Positions 39,618 to 50,196 of a stretch of 64,000 bases of DNA are shown in pieces; position 1 is the first letter of the stretch, and the number at the start of each line of letters is the position of its first letter. Location: assembly GCA_963771175.1 (NCBI GenBank), contig CAVYSY010000044.1, positions 32,001 to 96,000 on the forward strand, read 5' to 3'. The stretch comes from an uncultured delta proteobacterium (GTDB lineage: Bacteria; Myxococcota; Myxococcia; Myxococcales; Myxococcaceae). A program made the position numbers and the translations under genes. The notes under the pieces were generated by a model. It did not search any database and had not been told where the DNA came from. It worked only from the letters and a program-made list of their open reading frames with translations.

Positions 39618-40754
39618 TCACACGAGCGGGGCGAGCAACTCCAGCAGCCGCTCCACGTCGGCCGCCGTGTTGTAGAGGTGCGGCGACACGCGAATGCTGT
39701 CCCCGCGCACGCTCACGTACACCTGGCGCGCGGCCAGCTTCGCCGCCACGTCCGGCGCATAGCCGCCCCGCCGCTTGAGGCCCACCAGGTGGCCCGCCCG
39801 CTGGGACTCGGGCGGCACCTCCAGCCCGAGCGCCCTCGCCCCCTTCGCCACCCGTCCCGTCAGCTCGCGCAACGTCTCCTGGGTGTTGTCCACGCCCCAC
39901 GCGAGGAGCTGCCGCAGCGCCGCCATCGCCATGGGCACCAGCACGAAGTTGCTGCGCTCGCCCACGTCGAAGCGCCTCGCGCCCGGCTGGAAGTCGTCCC
40001 GGTAGTCCACCAGCCGCGAGAAGTCCTCGCTGCCCCCGCGCAACAGCCAGTTGTGCTCGATGGGTCGGCCCTCGCGGAAGCGCGGCGCCACGTAGAGGAA
40101 GCCCAGGCTGTAGGGCCCCATCATCCACTTGTAGCCCGCGGCCACCAGGAAGTCCGGCCGCACCTCCGCCACGCTCAGCGGCAGCGCGCCGAGCGACTGC
40201 GTCGCGTCCACCGCCAGCGCCGCCCCCACCTCGCGCGCCCGCTCCCCCACCCGCACCAGGTCCACCCGCCCTCCGTCCGTCCAGTGGCAGTGCGGCACCG
40301 CCACCAGCGCCGTGCGCTCGTCCAGCTCCGCCAGCAGCGCGCGCGTCCAGTCCCCGTCCTCGGGCCTGCCCACCGCCACCACCTGCCCTCCGGCGCGCTC
40401 GGCCAGCTCGCGCCACGGGTACACGTTGGAGGGGAACTCCTCGGCCAGCACCAGCAGCCGCTGGCCCACCCGCACCGGCACGTTGGCCGCCGCCACCGCC
40501 ATCCCGTAGCTCACCGAGGGCACCAGCGCCACGCCGTCCGCGTCCGCCCCCACCAGCTCCGCGAAGAGGCTCCGCAGCGCCTCCGAGCCCGTGAAGAAGT
40601 CCTCGGGCCGGATGAGCCACGGCCTCGCCTTGGCTTCCACCGCCTCCTTCCCCGCCTCGGTCACCGCGCGGAGCTGCGGAGACATATAGGCGCAGTTGAG
40701 CCAGGTGACATCGTCGGGCAGGTCGAAGCGGTGGCGCTGGGAGGGAAGCATCAT
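39618..40754 (-). CDS. Aminotransferase class V / cysteine desulfurase-like
   Basis: WLNCAYMSP, VDATQS, AGYKW, RVSPHLYN. Confidence 0.9.
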   Translation of the reverse strand: MMLPSQRHRFDLPDDVTWLNCAYMSPQLRAVTEAGKEAVEAKARPWLIRPEDFFTGSEALRSLFAELVGADADGVALVPSVSYGMAVAAANVPVRVGQRLLVLAEEFPSNVYPWRELAERAGGQVVAVGRPEDGDWTRALLAELDERTALVAVPHCHWTDGGRVDLVRVGERAREVGAALAVDATQSLGALPLSVAEVRPDFLVAAGYKWMMGPYSLGFLYVAPRFREGRPIEHNWLLRGGSEDFSRLVDYRDDFQPGARRFDVGERSNFVLVPMAMAALRQLLAWGVDNTQETLRELTGRVAKGARALGLEVPPESQRAGHLVGLKRRGGYAPDVAAKLAARQVYVSVRGDSIRVSPHLYNTAADVERLLELLAPLV

Positions 40755-40779
40755 GGGCGCGCGAGCATAGCGTGCCCGT

Positions 40780-41445
40780 CTACAGGCGGGAGGCCGAGGC
40801 GTACCCGGCGAAGAGCTCGCTGGTGAGACGCCCGCGCTCCCCGCCCTCGGCGCGGCGGAGGTAGTCGTTGAGCACGTGCCCGGCCTTGTCCCGGTGCTGC
40901 GCGGCGAAGCGCAGGTTCATCCGCGAGCGCCTCACCCCACTGCCCCCGCGGTGCACGAAGACGACGGTGCCGTCGCGCTCCACGGCCTCGATGACGCCCA
41001 CGTGCGTCAGCCCGTCGTTGCGCAGGCCGTCGCGGTTGCGGTCGTACGTCTCGCGGAAGAAGAGGACATTCCCCGGGCTCGGGTTGCGCTGGTGCAGGGC
41101 CCCCGCGCGCTGGGCGCGCCGGTAGATGGCGCTCACCGCGTTCTCCCCGGGCAGCGTGCCCTGCGACAGCAATTCGATGCCCACCGAGTGGTAGGCCAGC
41201 CGCACCAGTCCGGAGCAGTCATCGGGCACCTTGCCCTGCGCGGCCAGGGGGCGGCCCACCAGGGTGCCCACGCGATGTGCGACGCGTCGCCCCCGGGTGA
41301 GCTTGACGCGAGGCCGCTTCTTCTTCGAGGCAGTGGCCTTCGCGACGACCTTGGTGGGCGTCACCGACGCACCCGGGGCGGCCACGGCGGGAGCCGTGCC
41401 CAGCACCCCGAGCACCAGTGGGAGCAGGAGATTGCGAAGCATCAT
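40780..41445 (-). CDS. NlpC/P60 (CHAP-like) peptidoglycan hydrolase
   Basis: Signal peptide; DCSGLV, LFF, THVGVI, FVH. Confidence 0.85.
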   Translation of the reverse strand: MMLRNLLLPLVLGVLGTAPAVAAPGASVTPTKVVAKATASKKKRPRVKLTRGRRVAHRVGTLVGRPLAAQGKVPDDCSGLVRLAYHSVGIELLSQGTLPGENAVSAIYRRAQRAGALHQRNPSPGNVLFFRETYDRNRDGLRNDGLTHVGVIEAVERDGTVVFVHRGGSGVRRSRMNLRFAAQHRDKAGHVLNDYLRRAEGGERGRLTSELFAGYASASRL

Positions 41446-41522
41446 GCGCTCGGACGAGCGTACCGCCCCGCGCATTCACCCGACCAGGGGCCGCACCCGC
41501 GCCTACATGCGACCGCCAACGA

Positions 41523-41927
41523 CTACGTGCGCAGGCGGCCCAACAACCAGCCTCCGCCCACGAGCCCCAGCACCGCGCCCAGCACCCTCCCCGGGCGCCC
41601 GCGCAGCCGCGACTCCACCACGTCCACCCGGTCCGCCATCAGCAGCAGCATCACGCGCCGCACCAGGTGCTCCGGAATCTCATACGCCCTCCGGCGCATC
41701 CGTCCGCTCAGCCCCCGGGGCGGTGCCGCCGTGCCGAACGTGGGCGTCAGCTCGTCCAGCCCCACCCGCTTGAGCACCGGGAAGTCCGGCGGCGGCTGGC
41801 GCTCCGGCACCTCCCAGTGCGCGCCCTTGCGCACCGGCGGCTTCAGGAGCATCGGCACGCCGGGCCGGTTCCTCGGGTCTCCGTCCACTCCCCATCCGGG
41901 GATTTTCGTGTGCTCCGGGTCCGCCAT
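41523..41927 (-). CDS. Conserved hypothetical protein
   Basis: IPGWGVD...RPGVP...TPTFGT...LLLMADRVD; GAGG RBS. Confidence 0.75.
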   Translation of the reverse strand: MADPEHTKIPGWGVDGDPRNRPGVPMLLKPPVRKGAHWEVPERQPPPDFPVLKRVGLDELTPTFGTAAPPRGLSGRMRRRAYEIPEHLVRRVMLLLMADRVDVVESRLRGRPGRVLGAVLGLVGGGWLLGRLRT

Positions 41928-41940
41928 CTCGCGCCTCCTC

Positions 41941-43090
41941 TCACGCATGCCCGTGCGGCAGCAGCACGCACTTGATGCACCCATCCAGCTTCTTCTCGAA
42001 GAGCTCGTAGGCCCGCGCCACCCCGCCCAGCGGGAAGCGGTGGGTGATGATGCGCCTGGGGTTGAAGCGCCCCTCGCGGATGTGCACCAGCAGGTGCGGC
42101 ATGTAGCGCTTCACGTTGCACTGGTTCATCCGCAGCGTGAGGCCCTTGTTCATCGCCGTGCCAATCGGCACCAGGTTCCACGGCGGCCCGTACACGCCGA
42201 CGATGGAGACGGTGCCGCCCTTGCGCGCCGCTTGAATCGCCCAGTTGAGCGCCGTGGGCGAGCCCGCCTCCAGCTTCAGCTTCGCCCCCAGCACGCTGTG
42301 CAGCTTGGAGCCCTCGGCCTCCATGCCCACCGCGTCGATGCACACGTCCGGCCCGCGCCCTTCCGTCATCTCCTTCAGGGTGGGGACGATGTCCTCGCTC
42401 CTTGAAGTTGAGCGTCTCCACCAGGGCGTACTTGCGCGCGAACTCCAGCCGGTAGGGGATGTGGTCCACCGCGATGACGCGCTCCGCGCCGAGCAGCCAC
42501 GCGGACTTCATCGCGAACAGGCCCACCGGGCCGCAGCCGAACACCACCACCGTGTCCCCGGCCTGGATGTTGCCCATCTCCGCGCCCTGGTAGCCCGTGG
42601 GGAGGATGTCGGTGAGGAAGAGGACCTCCTCGTCCTCCATGTCGTCCGGAATCCTCATCGGCCCCACGTCCGCGAAGGGCACGCGCACGTACTGGGCCTG
42701 CCCGCCCTCGTAGCCGCCCGTGGTGTGCGAATACCCATACACGCCCGCGGCCAGGTCACTGTTGGGATTGGTGTTCTCGCAGTTCGCCGTCAGCCCGCGC
42801 TGGCAATAGAAGCAACTGCCGCACGAGATGTTGAAGGGCACCGCCACCCGGTCCCCCGGCTGCAGCGCGCGCACCGAGGAGCCCACCTCCTCCACCACGC
42901 CGACGAACTCGTGGCCGAACGTGCAGCCCACCCGCGTGTCCGCCACCAGCCCGTGCAGCAGGTGCAGGTCCGAGCCGCAGATGGCCGAGCGCGTCACCCG
43001 GACAATCGCGTCGTTCGGGTGCTCGATGACCGGGTCCGGCTTGTGCCCCACCTTCACGCGGTAGGGCCCTTCGTACACCATCGCTTGCAT
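41941..43090 (-). CDS. Zn-dependent alcohol/formaldehyde dehydrogenase family (frameshift near 42397)
   Basis: CGSDLH, GHEFVG, CGSCFYC, GCGPVG; the C-terminal half GPDVCIDAVG is in a second frame. Confidence 0.9.
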
Positions 43091-43459
43091 GTCGCCCTCT
43101 CCTGTCCCGCCGCCCTCCCGGGGCGGGGGTGATGGACTCCCTCGCACTGGGGAAGGTGGCCCCCCGGCCGAGTCGCACCGTCAAGCTAGGCACAGGGTCG
43201 GAGAGGGCGAGCCCGGAGGGACCCACGCCCGGCCCCCGTTCCGGCCCAGTGACGGCCGCCGGAGGGCTCTTCCGCTCGGCAGCCTCCCGGCGTCCCCACC
43301 GGAGAAGTCGCACGCGACCTTCTCGGAACCGAGCGGTCCTCCACCCGCCTGGACACGGGGGACACGTCGACCGTGGAACAATGGACACGCCGCCGACGCT
43401 GTTCGCCATTCATCGGGGTCCCGAGCGTAGACTCGACTCCTTCCGCGAGGAGCCGCGCC

Positions 43460-44401
43460 ATGTTGCCCTACTTCCCCTTCGCGCAAGACACCTACGCGAT
43501 GACGCTGGGTGTGCGTGCGCTGCGGCCCGAGGAGTCCCTCATCGAGGTGGACGCGCCCCACTACCGGGACGAGCTCGCGCTCAAGGCGGCCCTGCTCGCC
43601 GACAACCCCCGCGCCCACTTCCAGGCCGAGCCCGGCACGGAGCCACTCCAATGGGAGACGGTGACGGAGGTGCTCCCCGTCATGGCGCGCCAGTCTCCCC
43701 AGCACTTCACCCTGGAGGTGGAGGGAGAGCACTGGCGCTGGCGCAACCACCTGCTCGGCACGGAGACGCGCTTCACCCCGGGCGAGGCGGACAGCCTGCC
43801 CCGCGCCCCGCTCGACTGGCTCGGCCTGCAGGTGCAGGAGGACCTGCTGCTGCTGGACGGAACGCGCGAGGGCTTGCCGCTGGTGGCCGGGCAGCTCTGC
43901 TTTCCCTCCATGTGGTGCCTCGACGACAAGCTGGGGCGCTCGCTGTTCGAGGTGCACGCGCCGGTGCCGGGGCTCAACGCGCAGCTCGGCGCCGCCACCC
44001 AGCGGCTGATGGAGGGGCTCAAGGCCGGGCGCTCCGTCACCCGGTGCAACTGGGCCCTCACCGTCACGGACCGGCTGGACCTCGCGCCGTGGACCCTGCG
44101 CGAGTGGGTGCACCTCTTCGAGGGCCTCACCGCGCGCGACGCGGGCGAGCGGTGCTTCCTGCGGCTGGAGCGGCAGACCCTCACGCGCATGCCCCGCACG
44201 GGCGCCATCCTCTTCACCATCCACACCTACCGCGCCCCCGTGGCCACCGAAGTCACGGACCCCGAGCGCCGCCGCCGCCTCGCCCACGTGCTGCGCACCG
44301 TCCCGCCCGAGGTGAGCGACTACAAGCGGCTCACGCCCCTGCTCGCGCCGCTCCTGGCGTACCTGGAGGCCGAGCCCGTGCCCCAGGCCGCCAACTCCTG
44401 A
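43460..44401 (+). CDS. DUF3445 / heme-dependent oxidative N-demethylase alpha-like
   Basis: VQEDLLLL, CFPSMW, VHAPVP, NW, RLERQTLTR...LFTIHTY. Confidence 0.85.
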   Translation: MLPYFPFAQDTYAMTLGVRALRPEESLIEVDAPHYRDELALKAALLADNPRAHFQAEPGTEPLQWETVTEVLPVMARQSPQHFTLEVEGEHWRWRNHLLGTETRFTPGEADSLPRAPLDWLGLQVQEDLLLLDGTREGLPLVAGQLCFPSMWCLDDKLGRSLFEVHAPVPGLNAQLGAATQRLMEGLKAGRSVTRCNWALTVTDRLDLAPWTLREWVHLFEGLTARDAGERCFLRLERQTLTRMPRTGAILFTIHTYRAPVATEVTDPERRRRLAHVLRTVPPEVSDYKRLTPLLAPLLAYLEAEPVPQAANS

Positions 44402-44515
44402 GCATGAACAGGGTCCTCGTCGCCGCGTTCATTGGCTCCCTCGTGGATTCGGCGCTCGCGGCCGGGAGGTCGGCGGGTCCCGGCGGACAGAGGACCCTCC
44501 GGGCTCGGTCTGGAA

Positions 44516-44542
44516 AAACCTGTCCGACAGTCGGACAGGTTT
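44516..44542. repeat. 27-bp palindromic intergenic repeat, copy 2
   Basis: Identical core to 32853-32879 with a shared flank. Confidence 0.9.
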
Positions 44543-44735
44543 TGGAAGAACGCGTCCGGGAGTCCGACGTTTCTCGAGCTACATGACGAGCGGTGTATCC
44601 GCCTCATGCCCTGACCCCGCTTCATCCCGAAGGCAGGCGAGCGAGAGGAGGCGCCTCCTCTCGGGAGCCCTGGTCTCCTGGCCGAAGCATCCCCACCCTG
44701 TCCGGAAGGGACACCCTCACGAGGAGGCTGGGCGC

Positions 44736-45212
44736 ATGGAACGGACCGAGGTGCTGACAGCGGCGGGTTTAGGCGTCGTGGCGGGGATGCGGTCCGTCAG
44801 TGCCCCCGCCTTCCTGAGCCAACGGCTCGTTCGGGACAGCGGGGTTGCCGGGGGACGCCTCGACCGGGCGCTGTCATCGAAGGCGGGCGCGTGGACGCTC
44901 GCGGTGCTGGCCCTCGGCGAGCTCGTGGGCGACAAGCTGCCGAAAACTCCCGCGCGCATCGCGCCCCCCGCACTGGCAATGCGGCTCCTCTCCGGCGCCG
45001 TCGTGGGCGCGGCCGTGGCCCGGCGGGACAAGCGCCCCGTGCTCGGCCCGGTGCTGGTGGGCGCGGCCGCCTCGCTGGCCTCCACCTTCGCGTTCTACGC
45101 GCTCCGCAAGTTCGCCACGCAGCGGCTGCGCGTCCCCAACGTCGTCGCGGGCCTGCTGGAGGACGCGCTCACCGCGACGCTCGGCGTCCGATTGCTGGCG
45201 GCACTGAAGTGA
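44736..45212 (+). CDS. DUF4126-like membrane protein
   Basis: GVVAGMRS, GELVGDKLPKTPAR, GLLED; GAGGAGG RBS. Confidence 0.78.
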   Translation: MERTEVLTAAGLGVVAGMRSVSAPAFLSQRLVRDSGVAGGRLDRALSSKAGAWTLAVLALGELVGDKLPKTPARIAPPALAMRLLSGAVVGAAVARRDKRPVLGPVLVGAAASLASTFAFYALRKFATQRLRVPNVVAGLLEDALTATLGVRLLAALK

Positions 45213-45237
45213 AGTCCCGGGCGGCCGGAGCCCCCAC

Positions 45238-45826
45238 TCAGGGCCTGGCCTGAGCCCCACCGCCGCCCAACCAGAGCGCACCCAGTGCGAGCGGCACCGC
45301 GTCGAAGGGCTCGGCGCGCACCACCTCCCCGTTGCCATGCGTCGCGGTGAGGAGCCAGCCGGCGGGCTCTCGCCGGAACACCTCCAGCGTGCGCGTGCGC
45401 GGCTCCACGAGCCAGGCGTGCGCCACGCCTTCCCGGTGGTAGATGGGCAGCTTGCGCGTCCGGTCAATCCGGGCGGTGGAGGGCGAGAGCACCTCGCACA
45501 CCCAGTCCGGAGCGAGCGTCATGAAGGGCTCGTCCGGAGCATGGCGGCTCCGGCAGTCGCTCGTGGCGCCATGCCGCGAGGTCTGGCACGAGGACGTCCC
45601 GGCCGAAGTGCAGCTCCGGCTCATACAGAATCCACCACCCGCCGGGCCCTCCGCTTCCAATGGAGAACGGGTTGAGCAGCATGGCACTCAACACGGAGGT
45701 GGTATGGGCATGCCCCATGGCGGGCCTCGGCGAGGCCACCAGCTCGTCCTCCAGAATCTCCCCCACCCAACCGACCGGCAGTGCCTCGATGTCCTCGTAG
45801 GTCGCCGGCTTCTTCCCCTTCCCCAT
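45238..45826 (-). CDS. Uma2 family endonuclease-fold protein (frameshift near 45545)
   Basis: ATYEDI...SPRP...EPEL...VPDLAAW; second frame APDWVCEVLSPST...K. Confidence 0.85.
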
Positions 45827-46028
45827 CTCTCGCCTCCTGGTGGTTCCAACACGGGCGGGACGGTGCCCCATCCCAACTCCCGCAGTCTACCCGGCCGTCT
45901 GACATCCCAGGTAGGGACGAGCAGCCCCCGCCACGCCAGGCTCCAGCCCTCGGAGGACGGCGCACCGTGGGCGTGGAGCCTCCGATGACCGGGTAAGCTG
46001 ACTCGGACACTTCGCGGGAGAGACAGGG

Positions 46029-46798
46029 ATGGGCGACACACCTCCATGGAGCGGCGGCAGGCTGGGGCCGTACCACCTGGGCAGGCGTTACTGGGACCTC
46101 GGCCCGTACCTGGGGCGGCTCCACGAGGCGCACAACCTCGAGACGGGGGCCTTCGCCGTGGTGCTGACTCCGGGGCAAGGGGCTACGTGGAGCGAGCGCA
46201 CGGCCTGGACGGTGCGCGCCACGAGCGGAGTGTTGCCCTCGCTCATCTCCGTGGAGCTGGAGCACGCGCCGGATGCGGAGGCTCCCGCCTTCCACGAGCT
46301 GCCGCTGATGTTCGACCTGCTCACGGGCACGCTGGGGAACCTCCGCACCAGGGACCGGGCGGAGGTGCATGCCCACCTCACCCGGAAGCCCCGGGGCGCG
46401 TGGCCGAGGCGACTGCTCGCACGATGGCCCTGGCTGCTCGCGGGAGCCGGAGTCGCCGTGGCGGCGGGGCTCACGCTGTCGCTCTGGCCACGTCCTCCCG
46501 ACCCCGCCGAGGCGAAGCAGTCTCCGGGGATGGCCGAGGCCGCGCTCGACGAGCCCATCGCCTTCATCGACATGCAGGACGCCACACCGAGGTCATCGGC
46601 TACCCGATGCCGGATGCACCCTTCAAGGAGCAGCAGAAGCCGCCATGCCTCAAGGGGACGGCGGTGGAGCTCCGCGGCGGCTGCTGGGTGCAACTCAAGC
46701 AGGACGCTCCATGTCCCAAGAGCACCGCCGAGTTCGAGGGCAAGTGCTACATGCCCGTCCGGAAGAAGGACCCGCCACCAAGCTCCTTCCAGCCCTGA
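46029..46798 (+). CDS. Kinase-derived membrane protein with Cys-rich C-terminus (frameshift near 46585)
   Basis: Same architecture as 2677-3447: LGPYHL, TM segment, PFKEQQKPPC...GGCW...CP...GKCYMP. Confidence 0.7.
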
Positions 46799-46819
46799 GG
46801 TGCCGGGCGCGGTTTTCAA

Positions 46820-46846
46820 AAACCTGTCCGACTGTCGGACAGGTTT
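46820..46846. repeat. 27-bp palindromic intergenic repeat, copy 3
   Basis: AAACCTGTCCGAC-T-GTCGGACAGGTTT. Confidence 0.9.
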
Positions 46847-46873
46847 CGCGACACGCGGCCCGGGGAGTCCCCC

Positions 46874-48277
46874 TCACACGATGGCGGCCAGGGGCTCGGG
46901 CCCGGCGTCGAGCACCTCGCGCAGCCGCCGCAGGCCCCGCTCCAACTGCGCGCGCGTGCGCGGCGCTCCAATGCACACCCGCACCGCCGCCGACACCGGC
47001 CCCGCCCCCGCGGTGAACAGGTCCCCCGACGTCACCGACACCCCGGCGCGCCTCGCCTGCGCCACGAACTCCTCGCTGCGCCGGCCCGCCGGCAGCCCCA
47101 GCCACAGGTGGTACAGCGGCACCCCTCGCACCCGCAGCGCCTCGCTCCCGAGCACCTGCCGCGCCAACTCCATCCGCTCACGCACCTCCCGCCGCTGGCG
47201 CACCACCAGCTCGTCCGCCGTGCCGTCCTCCACCCAGCGCGCCAGCACCTCGGCCATCAGCGGCGTCGTCATCAGCGAGGCCAGCCCCACCTCCTCGGCC
47301 AGCCGCTCGCCCCGCGCCCGCGCCGGCGCCACCAGGTAGCCGATGCGCAGCCCCGGCGTGAGCAGCTTCGACACCCCGGCGATGAAGTAGCTGGCCTCGG
47401 GCAGGAACGCGGCCAGCGGCGGCGGACGGCGCTCCGGCAACAGCCCGTACGCGTCGTCCTCCAGCACCAGCACCCCGTACCGGCGAGCCACCTCGGCGAT
47501 GCGCTTGCGCCGCTCCTCCGGCAGCACCGCCCCCGTCGGGTTGTGGCACGTGGGCTGGGTGTAGAGCAGCCTCACCCCGCCCCCCCGACACACCGCCTCG
47601 AAGGACTCGGGCACCAGCCCCTGCGCGTCCATGGCGATGCCCTGCAGCCTCAGCTGGAAGCGCCTCGCCAGCACCTTCAGCCCCGGGTAGGTGAGCGCCT
47701 CGGTGACGAGCGTGTCCCCGGGTTTGGTGATGGCCGCCATCGCCACCTCCATGGCGTGCTGTCCTCCCGCGCACACCACCACCTGCTCCGGCTTCGCCTG
47801 CAGCCCGAAGCGCGCGGCCCACGCCGCTCCCGCGACGCGGTGCGCATAAGGACCCGCCGCCGGCTGGTACGCGAGCAGCTCCGCCAGGCGCGACGAGCGG
47901 CCCAACTCCTCCAACGAGCGACGGAGCGCCTGGCTCGCCGGGTCCCCCTCGGGCGTCGCGGGGGCGTTGATGCCCAGCTCCACCGGCGAGTCGTCGCTGG
48001 CATCCATCGGGAGGGGCATGTGCGCGGGCACCGCGAGGTCCCTCACGTACGTGCCGCGACCCACCTCGCCCTTCAGCAGGCCTCGCTTCTCGGCCTCGGC
48101 GTAGGCGCGCGTCACCGTCCCCACCGTGACGCCCACCCGCTCGGCCAGTTCCCGGTGCGTGGGCAGTCGGGCGCCGGGGGCCAGACGCCCCGCGTCAATG
48201 TCCTCGGAGAGCGCGTCCGCGATGGCCCGGTACAAGGGCCCGCTGCGTCCCCGGAGTTCCGGCGTCCAACTTGTCAT
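46874..48277 (-). CDS. GntR/MocR family regulator (HTH + PLP aminotransferase domain)
   Basis: LPTHRELA...TVTRAY...GRGTYV; NPTG, EDDAY, SKLLTPGLRIG. Confidence 0.93.
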   Translation of the reverse strand: MTSWTPELRGRSGPLYRAIADALSEDIDAGRLAPGARLPTHRELAERVGVTVGTVTRAYAEAEKRGLLKGEVGRGTYVRDLAVPAHMPLPMDASDDSPVELGINAPATPEGDPASQALRRSLEELGRSSRLAELLAYQPAAGPYAHRVAGAAWAARFGLQAKPEQVVVCAGGQHAMEVAMAAITKPGDTLVTEALTYPGLKVLARRFQLRLQGIAMDAQGLVPESFEAVCRGGGVRLLYTQPTCHNPTGAVLPEERRKRIAEVARRYGVLVLEDDAYGLLPERRPPPLAAFLPEASYFIAGVSKLLTPGLRIGYLVAPARARGERLAEEVGLASLMTTPLMAEVLARWVEDGTADELVVRQRREVRERMELARQVLGSEALRVRGVPLYHLWLGLPAGRRSEEFVAQARRAGVSVTSGDLFTAGAGPVSAAVRVCIGAPRTRAQLERGLRRLREVLDAGPEPLAAIV

Positions 48278-48361
48278 GGTGACAATCGATACACTTGACG
48301 GAATACGGCTCACCCCGTAACTGATTGTCTCGATTCTACCCGGGGATTGTCACCCACAATC
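48271..48361. promoter_or_regulatory. Putative MocR operator boxes and ilvE promoter
   Basis: TTGTCA-N3-TGACAA (48271-48285), GATTGTC (48323-48329), GATTGT-N5-ACAATC (48345-48361); TTGACG-N17-TAACTG (48295-48323). Confidence 0.6.
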
Positions 48362-48443
48362 GTCGGGGGAAGCGCGGGCCACTGGGGCAGTCCCGGGCCC
48401 CGGACGGAGAGCACCCCGTCCCCTCAGCACGAGGAGCCGAAGC

Positions 48444-49511
48444 ATGTTGCCCATCGAAATCCAGCGCGCCGCCACGCTCAAGTCCAAGCCCTCCACCGAG
48501 GGCCTCGGCTTCGGCAAGTACTTCACCGACCACATGTTCCGGATGGACTACGCGCCGGAGCGCGGGTGGCACCAGGCGCGAATCCTGCCGCACGGCCCGC
48601 TGGGCCTGGACCCGGCCGCGGCGGTGCTGCACTACGCGCAGGCGGTGTTCGACGGCTCCAAGGTGTTCCGCGGCAAGGACGGGCTGCTGCGCGCCTTCCG
48701 CATCTCGGACCACTGCAAGCGCCTGGCGACGAGCTGCGAGCGGTTGAGCATGCCGCCGGTGCCGTTCGAGGTGGCGCGCGAGGCGATTGAGTCGCTGGTG
48801 AAGGTGGAGGCGGACTGGGTGCCTGGCGTCCCGGGCACGGCGCTGTACGTGCGGCCGACGGTGATCGCCTCCGAGGCGTTCCTCGGGGTGCGCCCGGCGG
48901 ACAAGTACATCTTCTTCGTCATCCTCAGCCCGGTGGGCAGCTACTTCGCCGGCGGCGCCGAGCCGGTGCGCATCTGGGTGGAGCAGGAGCACACGCGCGC
49001 GGCGCCCGGGGGCCTGGGTGGCGCGAAGGCGGCGGCCAACTACGCGGCGGGCCTGAAGGCCTCGATGGAGGCCAAGAAGCGCGGCTACGCCCAGGTGCTG
49101 TGGCTGGACGCGCTCGAGCACCGCTACATCGAGGAGGTGGGAACGATGAACCTCTTCGTGCGCATCGGCGATGAAATCATCACCCCGCCGCTGGACGGCA
49201 CCTTCCTGCCGGGCATTACCCGCGAGAGCGCGCTGCAGCTGCTGCGCGACTGGGGGATGAAGGTGAGCGAGCGCAAGCTGTCCATCGACGAGCTGCGCGA
49301 GGCGCACAAGAAGGGCGAGCTGCGCGAGGTGTTCGGCACGGGCACCGCGGCGGTCATCTCGCCGGTGGGCGCGCTGGGCTTCGCGGACGGCGAGCTGCGC
49401 ATCGGAGACGGCAAGGTGGGCGAGGTCTCCCAGCGCCTCTACGACACCGTCACCGGCATCCAGTACGGCACGCTGCCGGACCGCCACGGGTGGATGTCCG
49501 TCATCAAGTAG
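48444..49511 (+). CDS. ilvE: Branched-chain amino acid aminotransferase
   Basis: FGKYFTDHM, LHYAQ, LYVRP, KAAANYA, EEVGTMN, LPGITR, GTAAVISP. Confidence 0.93.
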   Translation: MLPIEIQRAATLKSKPSTEGLGFGKYFTDHMFRMDYAPERGWHQARILPHGPLGLDPAAAVLHYAQAVFDGSKVFRGKDGLLRAFRISDHCKRLATSCERLSMPPVPFEVAREAIESLVKVEADWVPGVPGTALYVRPTVIASEAFLGVRPADKYIFFVILSPVGSYFAGGAEPVRIWVEQEHTRAAPGGLGGAKAAANYAAGLKASMEAKKRGYAQVLWLDALEHRYIEEVGTMNLFVRIGDEIITPPLDGTFLPGITRESALQLLRDWGMKVSERKLSIDELREAHKKGELREVFGTGTAAVISPVGALGFADGELRIGDGKVGEVSQRLYDTVTGIQYGTLPDRHGWMSVIK

Positions 49512-49613
49512 TCGCGGAGTGGTAGGACTCGGGCCCGGGGCCGCATCAGCCCCGGGTCCGTTGCGCGGTACGCGGTCCCAGCAGGTCGAGACTCCCACCC
49601 GAGAGGACTCCCG

Positions 49614-50048
49614 ATGGAGCCGAGGAACCCGGACTACGCCCAGCAGGTGGCGGACATCTTCCGCAAGGCGGCGTTCGTCACGGACGTGGGCTACGAGTTG
49701 GTGCGCGTCACCCCCGGGCAGGTGGAGACGCGGCTGAGGGTGAAGCCCCGGCACCTGCAGCAGGACGACGTCATCCACATGGGCGTGCAGGCGACGATGG
49801 CGGACCACACCGGAGGCTCCGCGGCGGGCTCGCTCATCGCCGCGGACCAGATGGTGCTGACAACGGGCTTCACCATGAACCTGCTCCAGGCGGCCGTGGG
49901 CGAGGAGCTCCGGTGCCGCGCGAAGGTGCTGCGCGCCGGGCGCACGCTGTCCGTGGTGGAGTCCGAGGTGTATGCCGTGGCCCGAGGCGAGGAGACGCTC
50001 GTGTCCAAGGCCACGGTGACGCTGGCGGTGCTGGCCAGGAAGCGCTGA
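49614..50048 (+). CDS. PaaI family thioesterase
   Basis: HLQQDDVIHMGVQATMAD hotdog motif. Confidence 0.88.
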   Translation: MEPRNPDYAQQVADIFRKAAFVTDVGYELVRVTPGQVETRLRVKPRHLQQDDVIHMGVQATMADHTGGSAAGSLIAADQMVLTTGFTMNLLQAAVGEELRCRAKVLRAGRTLSVVESEVYAVARGEETLVSKATVTLAVLARKR

Positions 50049-50085
50049 GCTCGAAGGGTGGGGGTCTGCCGGGCTCGGTTTCGAA

Positions 50086-50112
50086 AAACCTGTCCGACTG
50101 TCGGACAGGTTT
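50086..50112. repeat. 27-bp palindromic intergenic repeat, copy 4
   Basis: Same core with CCGGGCTCGG...GAACGCGCCCGGGAG flanks. Confidence 0.9.
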
Positions 50113-50196
50113 GTGAAGAACGCGCCCGGGAGGTCGGCGGTCCGAGGAGCCGAGGCTGGCGTGTGCGGTCCAGAGGCACTGTGTTATCCCCGGCGC

